This document shows positions 9,482-20,939 of a DNA stretch of 64,000 nucleotides, one piece after another. The position numbers and the translations under genes are program-made. The number at the start of each line of letters is the position of its first letter. Position 1 is the stretch's first letter. Below the pieces are notes generated by a model. The model saw only the letters and a list, made by a program, of their open reading frames with translations. It had not been told where the DNA came from and ran no database searches. Source of the stretch: Cyanidioschyzon merolae (Eukaryota); assembly GCA_000091205.1 (NCBI GenBank), contig AP006497.2. The stretch is one strand, 5' to 3'.

Positions 9482-12235
9482 TCACGTCTCTGGAGATGTG
9501 TCCGGCAGGAGCGCAGATGCCCGCAGGCGCCACACAGCTCTGTTGCCATCACCGGATTCGCTCAGATAGGCGACAAGCTTGAGCACTGCTCGGAACTCGG
9601 CAGCGTTGATGCCGCGTACGCGCAAGGAGGACTTAAAGGCGCCCGCAAGCTCCGCAGTCGTCGCCCCGGGCCCGCGTCGCTGTAAATACGACGTAATCTC
9701 GTGCACAAGAGACTGCAGCTTTCGAACCTGCTCCTCATCGTCATCGACCGCTTCGCGTTCGTGCAGACACTGAAGCAGTGCCTGTGACGCAAGTTTCGAT
9801 GAAGGTGCTCGGTTCGCTGTCGCTGTCGAGCAGAGCCACGGCGCCTGTGTCGTTGGTTCAGGTAGCGGGGTTGTCGGCGTCTGGTGGTTCAGTGAACGAC
9901 GCAGTGCCGCCAGCGCTCGTTGGGCGACTCGATCGGCCTCGGCCTGGAGCACCTGTCGATCGAATGCGGTCCGGGGATGCTTTCCTGATACCTCCAGCGT
10001 GGAGTCGTGGTTGAAGACTGCCGCCACTTGATCAAGCGCACGGGCATCGTTGCCGTCCAGTAACTGTCGCATGATCCGCATCTCCGCTGTTAGCTGTTCA
10101 TTCTGCTTGGCATCTAGCTTACAATGATTATCGGCATCAGCATCATCACCAGCTGCTGCTGCGACGCTCACCGGAGCGAGCGACTCCCGTGCAGTCGCCT
10201 GAACCTGAACAAAATCCTCGTCTGTAGCGTCTTCATGCAGCGTCAGAAGCTCGTGTATATCTTTTCGTTTGAAAAATCGGCGCTTGCGAGGATCATGCAA
10301 AACCTTTTCAGAGAGAAACGTTTTGAAGATCTGGCGGTGGTATATCTTCTCCTCGATGGTGCCGCGCGTCAACAGGCGATAGACGACAACTGGGCGCTCC
10401 TGGCCGATGCGCCAGGCCCGTTCGCGGGCCTGGGTATCGGACGCCGGGTTCCAGTCGGGATCGTAGATAATCACGCGATCTGCTCCGATTAGGTTGAGAC
10501 CGAGCCCACCCACGCGAGTGGTCAACAGGAAGGCGAAAATCGAGCTATCGTGATTGAAGCGGTCTACCAACTCGGCTCGAAGTGCAACATTCGTCTCACC
10601 GTCCATGCGCAAGTACGTGAACTGCCCCTTGTTCAGCGTTTTCTCGAGCAGAGTGAGCATGCTACGCGTCTGCGAAAAGATCAGCGCTCGATGATTCGTC
10701 TCGCGGAGCTGGTGCAGCAGGCGATCCAAAGCGAGGAGCTTACCCGAAGTACTCTGGCGCAGGAGCTTCCTCTCTGAGCCGGATACATGGAGATCAGCAG
10801 CCGCGAGCCGCGGATGGTTACAAATCTTGCGCAGGGTCGTGATGATTGGCAGTAAGTTCAGCTGTCCATCTGCGGCTCGTTCGACGTCAATGGCATTAAG
10901 GTAGTTCTGGTAGATCCGTCGCTGCTCGGGTGTCAGTCTGCAGAGGAGAACATGTTCCTGTTTTTGTGGTAACTGGAGTGCAACGTCCCTTTTCAAGCGT
11001 CGCAAAAGATAGGGCGCAATCAGATCTCGCAGTGTCGATGCACAGCGATACGCGATGTGAACCTGGGCGGGCGTTGCGTTCGCGAAACCGCCTAGAGATA
11101 TGGGTATGCTGAACTCCTCCTCAAAGGACTGCAATGTTCCGAGCCTGCCAGGGTAAATAAAATCAAAGAGACTCCAGAGCTCACAAAGACGGTTTTGCAA
11201 GGGTGCACCGGTCATCAGAATGCGATGTACCGTGTTGAGTTGTTTGCATACTCGTGTGACCTCTGCTTCGGGATTCCGAATGCGATGGCCCTCATCCAGA
11301 ATTACATAGTCCCAACGTCGGCTGGTAAACCAACTCGCATGAATGCGAAGGTGTTCGTAATTCGTAATGAATATAACTTGCGATGGACACTGATTCGGCT
11401 GGAGCGCGGACTCCCCGATACCCAGCACGGCGTGCAGGACGCGCACTTGCAGTCGAGGCCACCAGGTTTCCAATTCTCGTCGCCACTGGTCCAGAACAGT
11501 GACAGGTGCCACCACTAGAATCGGGCCTTTCAAGAGTCCCGAGTAGTCGAGCGCTGCGAGAAAAGCGATGATCTGAACAGTCTTTCCTAACCCCATTTCA
11601 TCGCCCAGAATCCCACCGGTACCCTGTACATGAAGCGACCAGAGCCAAACAAGCCCCTCCTTTTGGTACGGAAACAAACGCTCATACAGAGACCGCGGAA
11701 GCCAAAGTCCAGGTGCAAGTTCCATAGCTGCCTCAGTTCCTACGGCATGACCTGCTTCGAGCGTACGCGCAAGCTGCTGCGAAGCTAGTGCGTCCGGCGA
11801 GCCCGTTGGTGTAAACGAAACTTCTCCGTTGCGATAACCGTCGGTGCTCGCAAGATCTCCGAGTTCATGAACTTGTTCAGCTTCAAGCTCAACCAGCTCG
11901 CTTCTAAGTTGTTCCAAGCGGTTGTGCAGGTAGTGGAGTCGTCGCCGCGCCCGGCCGCTAGCCGCAACGCTGCCCGCGTCACAGGCGTCGTCGCTGCGCT
12001 GAGCCCGCTGCGACGACGTGCCCGCTCCGTGCTCGCTTCCGAGCACCTGCTGGAGTAGCTCATTCGTTTCTTGCTCTAGCACAAGGATTTGCTGTCGTGT
12101 TTGCTCGATGAGATCGCGATGTGCTTTCTGCACAATGTCAACAACGAGTTTTCCCTCGTCCACCACCTGCACTGCAGGATCAGTGACCAGTGCATCGCTC
12201 CTCGCGACGTACGACGTTGAATTCGGGGCAGACAT
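9482..12235 (-). CDS. SNF2-family DNA-dependent ATPase, ERCC6/CSB/Rad26-like
   Basis: Motifs LFPYQKEGLVWLWSLHVQGTGGILGDEMGLGKTVQIIAFLAAL and DYVILDEGHRIRNPEAEVT are present. So are ILMTGAPLQNRLCELWSLFDFIYPGRLGTLQSFEEEFSIPI and IIYDPDWNPASDTQARERAWRIGQ. These are nearly collinear with the human ERCC6 helicase core. Confidence 0.85.
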   Translation of the reverse strand: MSAPNSTSYVARSDALVTDPAVQVVDEGKLVVDIVQKAHRDLIEQTRQQILVLEQETNELLQQVLGSEHGAGTSSQRAQRSDDACDAGSVAASGRARRRLHYLHNRLEQLRSELVELEAEQVHELGDLASTDGYRNGEVSFTPTGSPDALASQQLARTLEAGHAVGTEAAMELAPGLWLPRSLYERLFPYQKEGLVWLWSLHVQGTGGILGDEMGLGKTVQIIAFLAALDYSGLLKGPILVVAPVTVLDQWRRELETWWPRLQVRVLHAVLGIGESALQPNQCPSQVIFITNYEHLRIHASWFTSRRWDYVILDEGHRIRNPEAEVTRVCKQLNTVHRILMTGAPLQNRLCELWSLFDFIYPGRLGTLQSFEEEFSIPISLGGFANATPAQVHIAYRCASTLRDLIAPYLLRRLKRDVALQLPQKQEHVLLCRLTPEQRRIYQNYLNAIDVERAADGQLNLLPIITTLRKICNHPRLAAADLHVSGSERKLLRQSTSGKLLALDRLLHQLRETNHRALIFSQTRSMLTLLEKTLNKGQFTYLRMDGETNVALRAELVDRFNHDSSIFAFLLTTRVGGLGLNLIGADRVIIYDPDWNPASDTQARERAWRIGQERPVVVYRLLTRGTIEEKIYHRQIFKTFLSEKVLHDPRKRRFFKRKDIHELLTLHEDATDEDFVQVQATARESLAPVSVAAAAGDDADADNHCKLDAKQNEQLTAEMRIMRQLLDGNDARALDQVAAVFNHDSTLEVSGKHPRTAFDRQVLQAEADRVAQRALAALRRSLNHQTPTTPLPEPTTQAPWLCSTATANRAPSSKLASQALLQCLHEREAVDDDEEQVRKLQSLVHEITSYLQRRGPGATTAELAGAFKSSLRVRGINAAEFRAVLKLVAYLSESGDGNRAVWRLRASALLPDTSPET

Positions 12236-14943
12236 TGTTCGTGAAACGTACGACCAAATGCGTTCACAACCATAAGTCCACTTCTAATGCATAGTTCTCG
12301 GGGAAGACTCTTTTTTTACGTTCTTGTTTCGTACCGCACACCAGCGCCCTGTTCACGATCGAGCGTCGAGGGCGCGCGTCGCAACTGGAGAACGGCACCG
12401 ATTCGCGTACCGCATGGGGGTATCTGACGCGTCCACAGCGCTGTGGTATGGAGAGTTTGCATGTTCGTGATGTGCATCGCTTCGGATCGGTCATGAACTG
12501 TGGAAGAGTTATGAATTGGTTCAGCGGAATAGATTACCATTTGGATTTGATTAAAAAAAGCGGTGAAACCTGCGCACGCTTCACGGATTGGAACGGGGAA
12601 ACGAGCGAGAAATACGTGCTGCAGCGGGAGCGCGCTCTCCGCGACAGCCTCTGCTGGACGACGTCGATGGTTGCTTCAGAGCTTGCTGCGAACAGCTGGG
12701 AGTACTTTCAATCATTGTCTGGTGATTTTGGTTCGTCATTCACGGTAGGGTCTTGTTGGACGGCGCAAACTTGGACCCGCAATGCCACGGATGAGCCGCG
12801 GGAGTGTCGACCGCGTATCCAGGTGCCGGTGAGGGTATACCCAATGGAATGCTGCAGCTCGAGCTGTCATGATTGCCCCGCATACACTATCAAGATAAGA
12901 TCCGCCTCAGCGCGGTGACTTTGGAGCTGTATGTCTCGCTATACCCGTGTCAAATGAAAACGGGATACTGGATCGATCGCTCTGGTCCTTACCTGAGCGT
13001 TGCCCAACTTTTTCAGGCGTTTAGCCCTGAAATTCGAAATGCGATCAAAAAATTCCTATTCATTTATACCATGTCGTATGATTCTCGGTCGTCTTTTAGA
13101 CATGTCAAGTGCGACGCGGTGCCACTGGGTTTCATCGCTTCTGCTTCCTAACAAAGATTCGCAACGACGATGAGCACGGGTTCGTAAATTGCCGACGTCA
13201 TTCTACAATGCATGCGTGGAAGTCTGGATGCTTCTCGTTTCCTGAAGTGCGGTCTGCTCCAATCTTGCATTCTCCAAATGTTCGGTCTTTCTGTTCTCGA
13301 CGACGTCGTGGCCCGGCGACTTGCTTATTTGCTCATGACGCACGTTGACTGAACTTTTCGCTTCAGCGAATGATCGATTCGGTTTAGGAGACGAACCCTC
13401 CTATCTTACTGGTCATCGACGAGGCGGCATTCGACAGCAGCCTGCTGCCTCTCACATGACACGCCCGCAGACAGACCCGTCTCTTCTGTTTCCATGGAGA
13501 GAGGCCTCGTTCTCGGACCTGAATCATCCCAGCGATCGCCCGCGGTGGAGCGTACGTCAACGCTTTCCACGCAGGTAGGGTAGACGAAACGAAATTTCTC
13601 GCCCAGGTTTCCCGCCTGAGTTTTATTGCGATTTCTGATGCCATCATGATGAACATCGCGTTCCACAAACCTCGATCGAACCGAGGAGCGTGCCCGTGCT
13701 TGTGCAGCGGACTGAGCGCCTACCGAGGACTCTCGCCCGGAGGGTGCTCGATATTGTAGGGTACGGTGCCGGGCGTGGAAACGGAGGATTGCAACACCGA
13801 CAAGCATCCGTACCCGTCAAGCGCACAGCCCAAGCGGTTAGACAATCGCTGTTGCGCCGCATGGTAGAGCGCCATGCAGATTCTGTGTGGTCGACACATG
13901 CAAACACCTGACCAGAGTCGAACGTTATCCCTGCGAAGGGCATACCAAGATCGTTAGCCGAGAAGATGGAATATGGCAAGCGAAGCATAGTTCGTAATTT
14001 GTGCCTATGCATGAAATGCAGCAACAACAGCTGGAAAGCAGCAAGATCAGGAGTTCAAGGTAGCTGCCAATGGCCTTCGACTGCCAACACCAGAGCTGGA
14101 ATGCCAGGAGGAACCGTCGTCGTTAAAACAGGCGATAAGAGAGAGGAATAGGAAGCAGTCACAGAAAAAGCCCGCAAAGGCTGGTGTTGTTGATACTGGG
14201 AAGCGACCCAAACTTTAGAGCGTACGCCCGTGTCAGGTAAATGGGCCCGTCGCATTTCATTCTGACCTGGACGTGTAGCAGAAACGGATGCGCTGCTGCT
14301 CGAGTTCGATCCCGACGACGACGATGGAGGTTTCGCTATGCATCGAGCTTACCCCATCCGCAAGCGTCATCGCTTGCCTGGTCCAGCTGACTACCACGGA
14401 CACGCAGCAGCTTCAACGTGCGCTGCAGCAGCGAGGCGCCACCTATCGACGCTTGCCCAGGAGTAGTATTGCCCCGACGCCGGACTCGGGTGTGCGCCCG
14501 TGGCCAGACCCTCGAGTGCGCGCACCGCCTCCCGACACATGCCCAGGAGCAGCGGTGCCTTGTCGTTGCACGCGTGTGTGGACCCGCGCACTGCCATCCT
14601 CCTGGTCGACGGGTGCCTGATTTCCTCCAGATTCCTTCGGTGTCGAGCCATGAGATGCACAGTACGTGAGCTCGTCACGTAGGCTCGGATTCCCGGACGC
14701 GTCCAGCTACGGAATTCTCCTGACTGGCGAGACCACCGGGGAATCCGCGTCTTACGTCCAGGCCAAGTAGGCGATCTGCGCACATCCGTCGTCCAAGTGC
14801 TGCGCAGCAGGCGCATGCCCAGTCCCAGTTTATCGGTTATCGTCCCTCGAACCAGACATCGTTTTCACGAATGCAAATTCACGAGCATGCGTTTATCACC
14901 GAGCATTCGTGCGCAGAATTCATGGAAGTGTCACGAATGGAGC

Positions 14944-15450
14944 TCACGATGCACGTGAGCGAGGTTTAATCATTCCTGTCCGACGAGCGTACTCGAACAG
15001 ACCGCCGGCATCAATGACAGGCTGGATTTCACCGAGCGGCTCCAGTTCGAAACGCTGCCCGCTATTGAGATTCCGTATGCTGAGGGTCTCAAAGTCAATC
15101 ACGGCCTCATCTCCGGTCTTAAAGTGCTCAACTAATCTCGTCTTCGATACCCATGGATACAGCTCACCCGTCGATGAGCAGTTGCGGAAAAAAATACGTG
15201 CGTATGAGGTCGCGACGACCGCCTTGGCACCGGCCGCACCAAGAGCAATAGGTGCGTGCTCCCTGGAGCTTCCGCAACCAAAGTTCTCACCTGCAATAAT
15301 GATGCTATACTTTGTGGATAACTGTCCTTCTTCAACAAAACGCTCGGGATAGAGCTCTCGAGGAAGACCTTCCAACGCGTGGGAGCCAAGCAGTTGATAC
15401 TCTGCTGGCACCGATGGCAGCAAGCTCAGGTGCTCAGCGGGGATGATTTG
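14944..15450 (-). CDS. leuD: 3-isopropylmalate dehydratase small subunit (LeuD), exon 2
   Basis: The LeuD/aconitase C-terminal signature [31 protein letters not shown] is present. The exon begins with QIIPAEH immediately after a TAG acceptor, continuing the DTD|QIIP motif from exon 1. Confidence 0.85.
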   Translation of the reverse strand, partial: QIIPAEHLSLLPSVPAEYQLLGSHALEGLPRELYPERFVEEGQLSTKYSIIIAGENFGCGSSREHAPIALGAAGAKAVVATSYARIFFRNCSSTGELYPWVSKTRLVEHFKTGDEAVIDFETLSIRNLNSGQRFELEPLGEIQPVIDAGGLFEYARRTGMIKPRSRAS

Positions 15451-15627
15451 CTAATTTGCACGTGAATAGGGTTAGTATCTGTTATACAGCCTTCATGCAC
15501 CCAGGCAAACAACTGCGTCTGCTGTTTTTAGACGATTCTCCGCCAACTGAAGCCGTCCACCCAAACCCCTGCACCGGTTTAAGAGCGGCAACCGAGTGCA
15601 AACGGCGATAATTCCACAAAACTTACG
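15451..15627 (-). other. Spliceosomal intron (177 bp, phase 0) in LeuD, GTAAGT...TAG
   Basis: On the minus strand, the canonical donor gtaagt follows codon GAC (D) and the acceptor ttag precedes CAA ATC ATC CCC (QIIP). Joining the two exons restores the universally conserved LeuD motif DTDQIIP. Confidence 0.8.
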
Positions 15628-16169
15628 TCTGTATCAATGTTATCGTGAACAACGAACACACGTCCTTGAATGTTACCCGTCTCTGGATCGCGTTTCCGAC
15701 CAACAGAGCAGACGTCCTCCATTCGAAGCGGAGCGGGCGTCTCCATTCGCACGGTAGCCCGACGAGAACAGCCCCTCGAGCGGTAACCAGCCAAACCAGG
15801 AAGACGAGGCGCGGAGCACCTCCCGAGAGCGCTGCTCCTTGCTCTGGTCCCCTGAACAACCACAGCGTTCGAAAAAACGAAAACCATTGTGAACCTTGAG
15901 CTTGTTTTCTCCGAGAACGTTCCTCCGGGTGTCGCTTCGTCCCCAGAGCGTATTGACCGTCGCGCGGGGCAGCGACACCGCGCTGCGCTGTCGCGGGAGG
16001 TCACCCGTGGAGCGCTCACACTCCGAGGCACTAGGATCGTACACCTGCTTTGTACACCAAGAGCTTGAACCGCTTTGGAGCTGGGAGCGTCCTCGGTAAG
16101 CGTCTGAGAATAGAAGACGCTGCCTTGGTATACGACGGGTGCAGTGCTCCCGAGCACCATCGCTGGCAC
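15628..16169 (-). CDS. leuD: LeuD exon 1, a long S/R/A-rich presequence followed by GRVFVVHDNIDTD; the start codon is uncertain
   Basis: The minus-strand exon ends ...GRVFVVHDNIDTD followed by GTAAGT. The ORF reads through into the intron and terminates there. The upstream ~150 aa resemble a transit peptide. Confidence 0.7.
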
Positions 16170-16274
16170 TCAAAGGGTGTCGTTTCGCACGCTAGCGTTA
16201 GGGGGGTGTCCATCGCTTGACTTGGTCGTGAGCGGGGAGCGTTCGCTAGAAAACGCTTCATTGGATACTGCTCA

Positions 16275-18773
16275 GTGCTTTCCTTCTTGAGCGCTAACAT
16301 TTTCGGAGCACGACGCACGCACAAACGGCGATCTGGAGGCTACGCAAGCTCTAGAACGGGAAACCGCTATGGAATGACGAATTCTGACCACATTAGTCTC
16401 TTTAACTTCGCTGGAAGACAAGTTCCCACGCTTTCATGCTTTTTAGGTCCGCGCGAGCGCATGTCCCAGAATCAGCGACCCCAGCGGACTGCTTTCGTTG
16501 CGTCATACGCGGGTCCGCGTGGAAGCGCTGCAGCTGTGCCGCAGCGTAGAAACGCTGAAGAACGAATACTTGTGTGCCGGATCAAGCAAGCGAGTTGCAC
16601 CGTGAATACGCATTTGCATCGAAAAGCGCCTACCCAGCTTTTGTCTGTGGAGAGCGCGAGATGGCCCGGCGGCATGCTATTCAGCAAGAGGCAACAGCGT
16701 CATCAACGACAACGAAAACGGGCGCTGGCGCTGTGCGCTGAGGCGCCACACCCCGGGAAGCCACAGCTCTTGGTACAGCGAGCCGCAGCGTTCGCTGGAC
16801 AGGCCGCTGTCCTTGGCCTGCTCTGCTATCTCCAGTTTCTTCTAGGCAATGGATCCTTCTCCATTATGGACAACACGGAACCCAAATTCGCTGTATGCGC
16901 AAAGAACATGCTTCGAACGGGGAACTGGCTCATTCCGCAATGGAATGGACGAGTTCGCTTTGATAAGCCTCCGCTTGTTTACTGGCTCCAGGCTGTCGCA
17001 TATCGTCTGTTTGGATTTACGGAAAGCGCCACGCGACTGCCGACTGCGCTAGCAGCTTGCGCGGTAACCCTCATGGTGTACTGTTTCAGCGTAGGCGCCT
17101 CCAGCGACAACATGAGAAAGCGGCAATTCAAGGGCCTGATTTCCGCCGCAGCATTCGCCTGCAGCCTCTATGCAGTCGGCTGGGCCCGAAGTGGTGTCTC
17201 CGATATGGTCTTGTGTGCATGCATCACAGCGTGTTTGGGGTGTTTCGCAGCCGCCTATATCTCGGAAACAAAAGCGACCCGTTTCGCCTGGTACATTGGT
17301 ATGTTTGCAGCTGCGGCATTGGCACTGCTCACGAAGGGCCCCCTGGGCGTTGCGCTCCCAGCCCTGATCGTGAACGTCTTCCTCGTGCTCGTCGGTCAAT
17401 GGCGTGCGGTTGTCCTTCACGAGATTCCCTGGACTCGAGGTGTTCTCCTCGCCGCTGCAATCGGTCTTCCGTGGTACATGCTCATTATCCGTGCATACGG
17501 GCTAACCTATATCAAGGCCTTCTTCGGCTATCATAATCTGGCCCGCCTGACAAGCGCTGTGAATGCGCATAGCGGCCCCTGGTACTACTATCTGGCGTGT
17601 CTTCTACTGGGGTTCCTTCCCTGGGTCGCAGCGTTACCGGTTGCACTTGTCGCTGCCTATCGTCGCTCCGGCTTCGCCGCAGCGTCGAGAAAGTCGTCGC
17701 GACGCGAGCAAATCCCCTTATTCATCACCACCTGGTTTCTGCTTACAATTTCGTTCTTCTCCTGCATCCGCACGAAGCTCTTCAGTTACATACTGCCTGC
17801 TATACCGGCTGCTGCTCTGCTCATTGGCGAATACTTCTCAGGCGTGGATCCGCGCAAGCCAGCAGACTGTGGGCGCGCAGAGCGTCTGATCACTGCGCTG
17901 GCAGTCATCATAATCATGGCTGCAATGGCGCTGCTCTGCCTGCGACTCGAATCACTCATTATCGGCAGCAGCGGAGGAGCTGGCGACCCCTGGATTCTGC
18001 GGGTCTGTCTCGAACAGGTGCGAGCTCAGAAGCTGGTCTGGCGAGGCGTTGCGCCCTGGGTGCTCGGTATCGTCGGCGTTTTGGTGACCTGTTCCATCAG
18101 CCGCTGGTATCGTTATCTGCCCACAGCTATGGCGGCAAGTTTTATGCTCTTTCAATGCATGTTCCTATTGCCAGCGATACGTGTCTGGGACCGCGCCCAC
18201 CAGCAGCCGCTTCGCGAACTAGCCCAGTGCGTTCGCAGCCTGCGTGAGCGAAGCGAGGCCGACCTCCGCACCGACCGGGTCTACATGATGGTATTTGGAT
18301 GGTGTGATGGTGTCCCCGAAGGCCAGCCTTCGGTTGTTTGGTACAGCGACTTTGATGGATGGCATTTTGCTGAGCGTCCCGAGGAGACGCTCGCAGACAT
18401 TGTGCTCATGGCACGACGCGATGATCGTGCCGAACGTGTTTGCCTCGTTTCCAGGCCAGCCGCGGACGTTGCACCAAACTACGCCAGTCTATGGTCGGCT
18501 TGCTGCGATGGAATCGCTGAAGACGACCTCCGCGACGCTAAAGATGTGCTGATCCTGGCGGATACATCGATCTGGCGGACGATTCCCGGGCAGCTGCCGG
18601 ATACCAAGGTCATCGAGCGACGAGGTCCATTTGCGCTCTATCGCGTACCGCCACGAGCGGCACTGCGAGCAGTACAAGCGATACGAAATCGTGGTGGTAC
18701 ATACGCTTTCCAACGTGATCGTCTTGACTTGAAGAGCATGGAGCCAGCTTCGAATATGAAGGAGTATCCTTGA
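16275..18773 (+). CDS. GT-C glycosyltransferase of the ArnT/PMT (GT83/GT39-like) family, polytopic membrane protein with a ~170 aa N-terminal extension
   Basis: The first periplasmic-loop signature DNTEPKFAVCAKNMLRTGNWLIPQWNGRVRFDKPPLVYWLQAVAYRLFGFTE matches the ArnT pattern D/E...R...ML.SG.W..P..NG..Y..KPPL.YWL. It is followed by about 11 hydrophobic helices and a soluble C-terminal domain. Confidence 0.7.
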   Translation: MLSFLSANIFGARRTHKRRSGGYASSRTGNRYGMTNSDHISLFNFAGRQVPTLSCFLGPRERMSQNQRPQRTAFVASYAGPRGSAAAVPQRRNAEERILVCRIKQASCTVNTHLHRKAPTQLLSVESARWPGGMLFSKRQQRHQRQRKRALALCAEAPHPGKPQLLVQRAAAFAGQAAVLGLLCYLQFLLGNGSFSIMDNTEPKFAVCAKNMLRTGNWLIPQWNGRVRFDKPPLVYWLQAVAYRLFGFTESATRLPTALAACAVTLMVYCFSVGASSDNMRKRQFKGLISAAAFACSLYAVGWARSGVSDMVLCACITACLGCFAAAYISETKATRFAWYIGMFAAAALALLTKGPLGVALPALIVNVFLVLVGQWRAVVLHEIPWTRGVLLAAAIGLPWYMLIIRAYGLTYIKAFFGYHNLARLTSAVNAHSGPWYYYLACLLLGFLPWVAALPVALVAAYRRSGFAAASRKSSRREQIPLFITTWFLLTISFFSCIRTKLFSYILPAIPAAALLIGEYFSGVDPRKPADCGRAERLITALAVIIIMAAMALLCLRLESLIIGSSGGAGDPWILRVCLEQVRAQKLVWRGVAPWVLGIVGVLVTCSISRWYRYLPTAMAASFMLFQCMFLLPAIRVWDRAHQQPLRELAQCVRSLRERSEADLRTDRVYMMVFGWCDGVPEGQPSVVWYSDFDGWHFAERPEETLADIVLMARRDDRAERVCLVSRPAADVAPNYASLWSACCDGIAEDDLRDAKDVLILADTSIWRTIPGQLPDTKVIERRGPFALYRVPPRAALRAVQAIRNRGGTYAFQRDRLDLKSMEPASNMKEYP

Positions 18774-20939
18774 CACCGATTGATGGAGCACCGTGGTCGT
18801 TAGCCAGGTGCATGGGAAATTCGGTCTCGATGGATCCAGGCATTACTGGATTCCCTCTGCATTCTCGGTATTTGCACCGTTTCACAGCCTTGCTCCACGC
18901 GTGGTCCGAATGTCCTCTCTGCTGCGCTGATTTTTTCATCGCAAGTCATCTGCGTATTAGAGCCATGCCCACAGTGCGTCCGAAACGATGCCCGCGGACG
19001 CTCCTGGGGCACGACATCCTTCCGCATGTCGATCGAGCCGCTCAAGTCCAGGTTGAGCGTGTGTTTGCGCGCACGGTTGCTCCTGGGGCACTCCACAGGG
19101 AGCAGCTCGCATGCTAGTGCCTCGCATTCGGACGTTCAGGCATGTTTCCGCACTCCGTATCGTGCATTCGTCTCTATTTGACGCCCCTGTGCTCTGCTTG
19201 TTTCGGCGTACGGTTGTATGCATGATGAGCGTAGATGCCGTTCAGGAGGCATCGACGAGCCTCGAAGAGAATCGATTCGTGAACGTGTGTGACGCTCTCG
19301 TCGACGGAGCAGGAGCGCAGCCTTTGGGCGTGAGCGCACGTCCAGCGTCGTGCGCTGCCACCAGACGACCCGAGATGTTAGTCGTGATCGTGGCTAACAT
19401 GTTGAACGGGGTGGCGAGTGCGCGCTTCTTCCCGCCGACCAGCGGAAGCTGCTTGGGAGCCCCAGCTCAACCGCGTGGTCCCGTGTCCTCCTGCCGAAAA
19501 TCCTTCTCATGAGCCGTGTGCATACTCATGTATGTACTGGTGCACAGCACCCCTTGTATCTGTACCCGCTTTTCTGGGCCTCTGAGGCGGCGGTACATTG
19601 CGCAAAAGATGCACTCTACAGGGACGCACAGACGGTTGTTGCGGAGAGTTTGGTACGCTTTGGCACTGGCGCTGTCGGTGTTCCTGTCGCTGAGCAGCAT
19701 GGCAGTGCATCGAAGGATGCTGGAAAGCCCGTGTGTGTGTGTGTGTGTGCGTCGCTGGTCCGCCGATTAGGCCGCATTGCATCCGCGGTGCCGAACATCA
19801 CGCTTCATGTCGCATGCGGGTTTGGTCGAGCAGGTCTAGGCCAGTGTGGACATCCGGCACACTTGCACCCGGAATGCCGTCGAACTGCTTGCTCGACGAG
19901 GCGCTTCCGTGCAAGGACAGCGAAACGAGTATTTCTCGAGTGAAGCGTTACCCACTCATTCATGACGCGCTGTGTCGTTACGCGTGCCGGATACGAACGA
20001 CTCGCCTACCGATGCGTGATCCTCGAAGCGGTGTAGAAGCATTAGGAAGGCGGATTTGGCCCGATGGAACCAGGGAGCATCGGCTAGCACGTGGCGCACC
20101 TGAACGCCTATGCCAGCTGCGTACGCCTTGACCACGTATCAGAGATGGAAAGCGACGCTGCCCCTGAACAGGACAGACGCATACGGGAAGCAGAAGCCAG
20201 GAAGCGTGCATCGACGAAGAGTGCGCTGTTGAGCGATCCAGTCTGGTTGGCGATTCACAGGAGACCGCATCCTTGGATGGTCGTTCGCGTTGATGTCGAC
20301 GGCATGCTCGTTTGACTGTTCTGAGCAGACCGGGGCTTGCCCCTGTTTGCGTATCCATTGTGGAAGTCGACCAGGTCTTCTTGCGTGGAGCCTCGTCGAG
20401 CGAGACGATCTCTGGCCCCTGCCGCGCTCCGCCCTCGCGTTCCAGCATGACGCCGATGGTGTGGTATGCGTCGTGCGTCTGTCTCCCCGAGAAGCGTCCT
20501 TTCTTTCTTTCGTTCTTCGTCCATGGTGTCTCTTCGTCACTGTTCGTATCAACGGCACGCGGAATTCGGAAGCTCCGGCTTCTCTGAAAGTATTTCCTGC
20601 ACAACGCGTAGAATGGGATGGATTGACGAGTACTGGGTTGCATAGGCAGCGTTTTCATCAATTTTGTTTACGGGTTATGACATTCAGAGCAGGGACTTGC
20701 ACGGTATTTGGTCCAGTGGCTATCGCAGATTGACTGCATTGGACAAGCACCGCCGTTCTTTTTCGCGAGCTTGCACTCGCAGCATCACGGCATTCCGTAA
20801 CCTTTCTCCAGAGCGCAGGATACACTCCTTTGTATTGAATCGCTGTGCGAGAAACAAAAACAATACGGGTGTGCTGGCGCAGCTTCTCCAGAATTCACTG
20901 GTCTGAGCGTAACGCCCGAAAGGTGTTGGAAGCAGCGAG
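18771..20939. repeat. Copy B of the ~2.17 kb dispersed direct repeat, with a (GT)n microsatellite at ~19731-19748
   Basis: See copy A. Copy B begins exactly at the TGA stop of the glycosyltransferase ORF. The shared sequence ends at gcagcgag|ctcac, where copy A has tcgcg. Confidence 0.85.
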
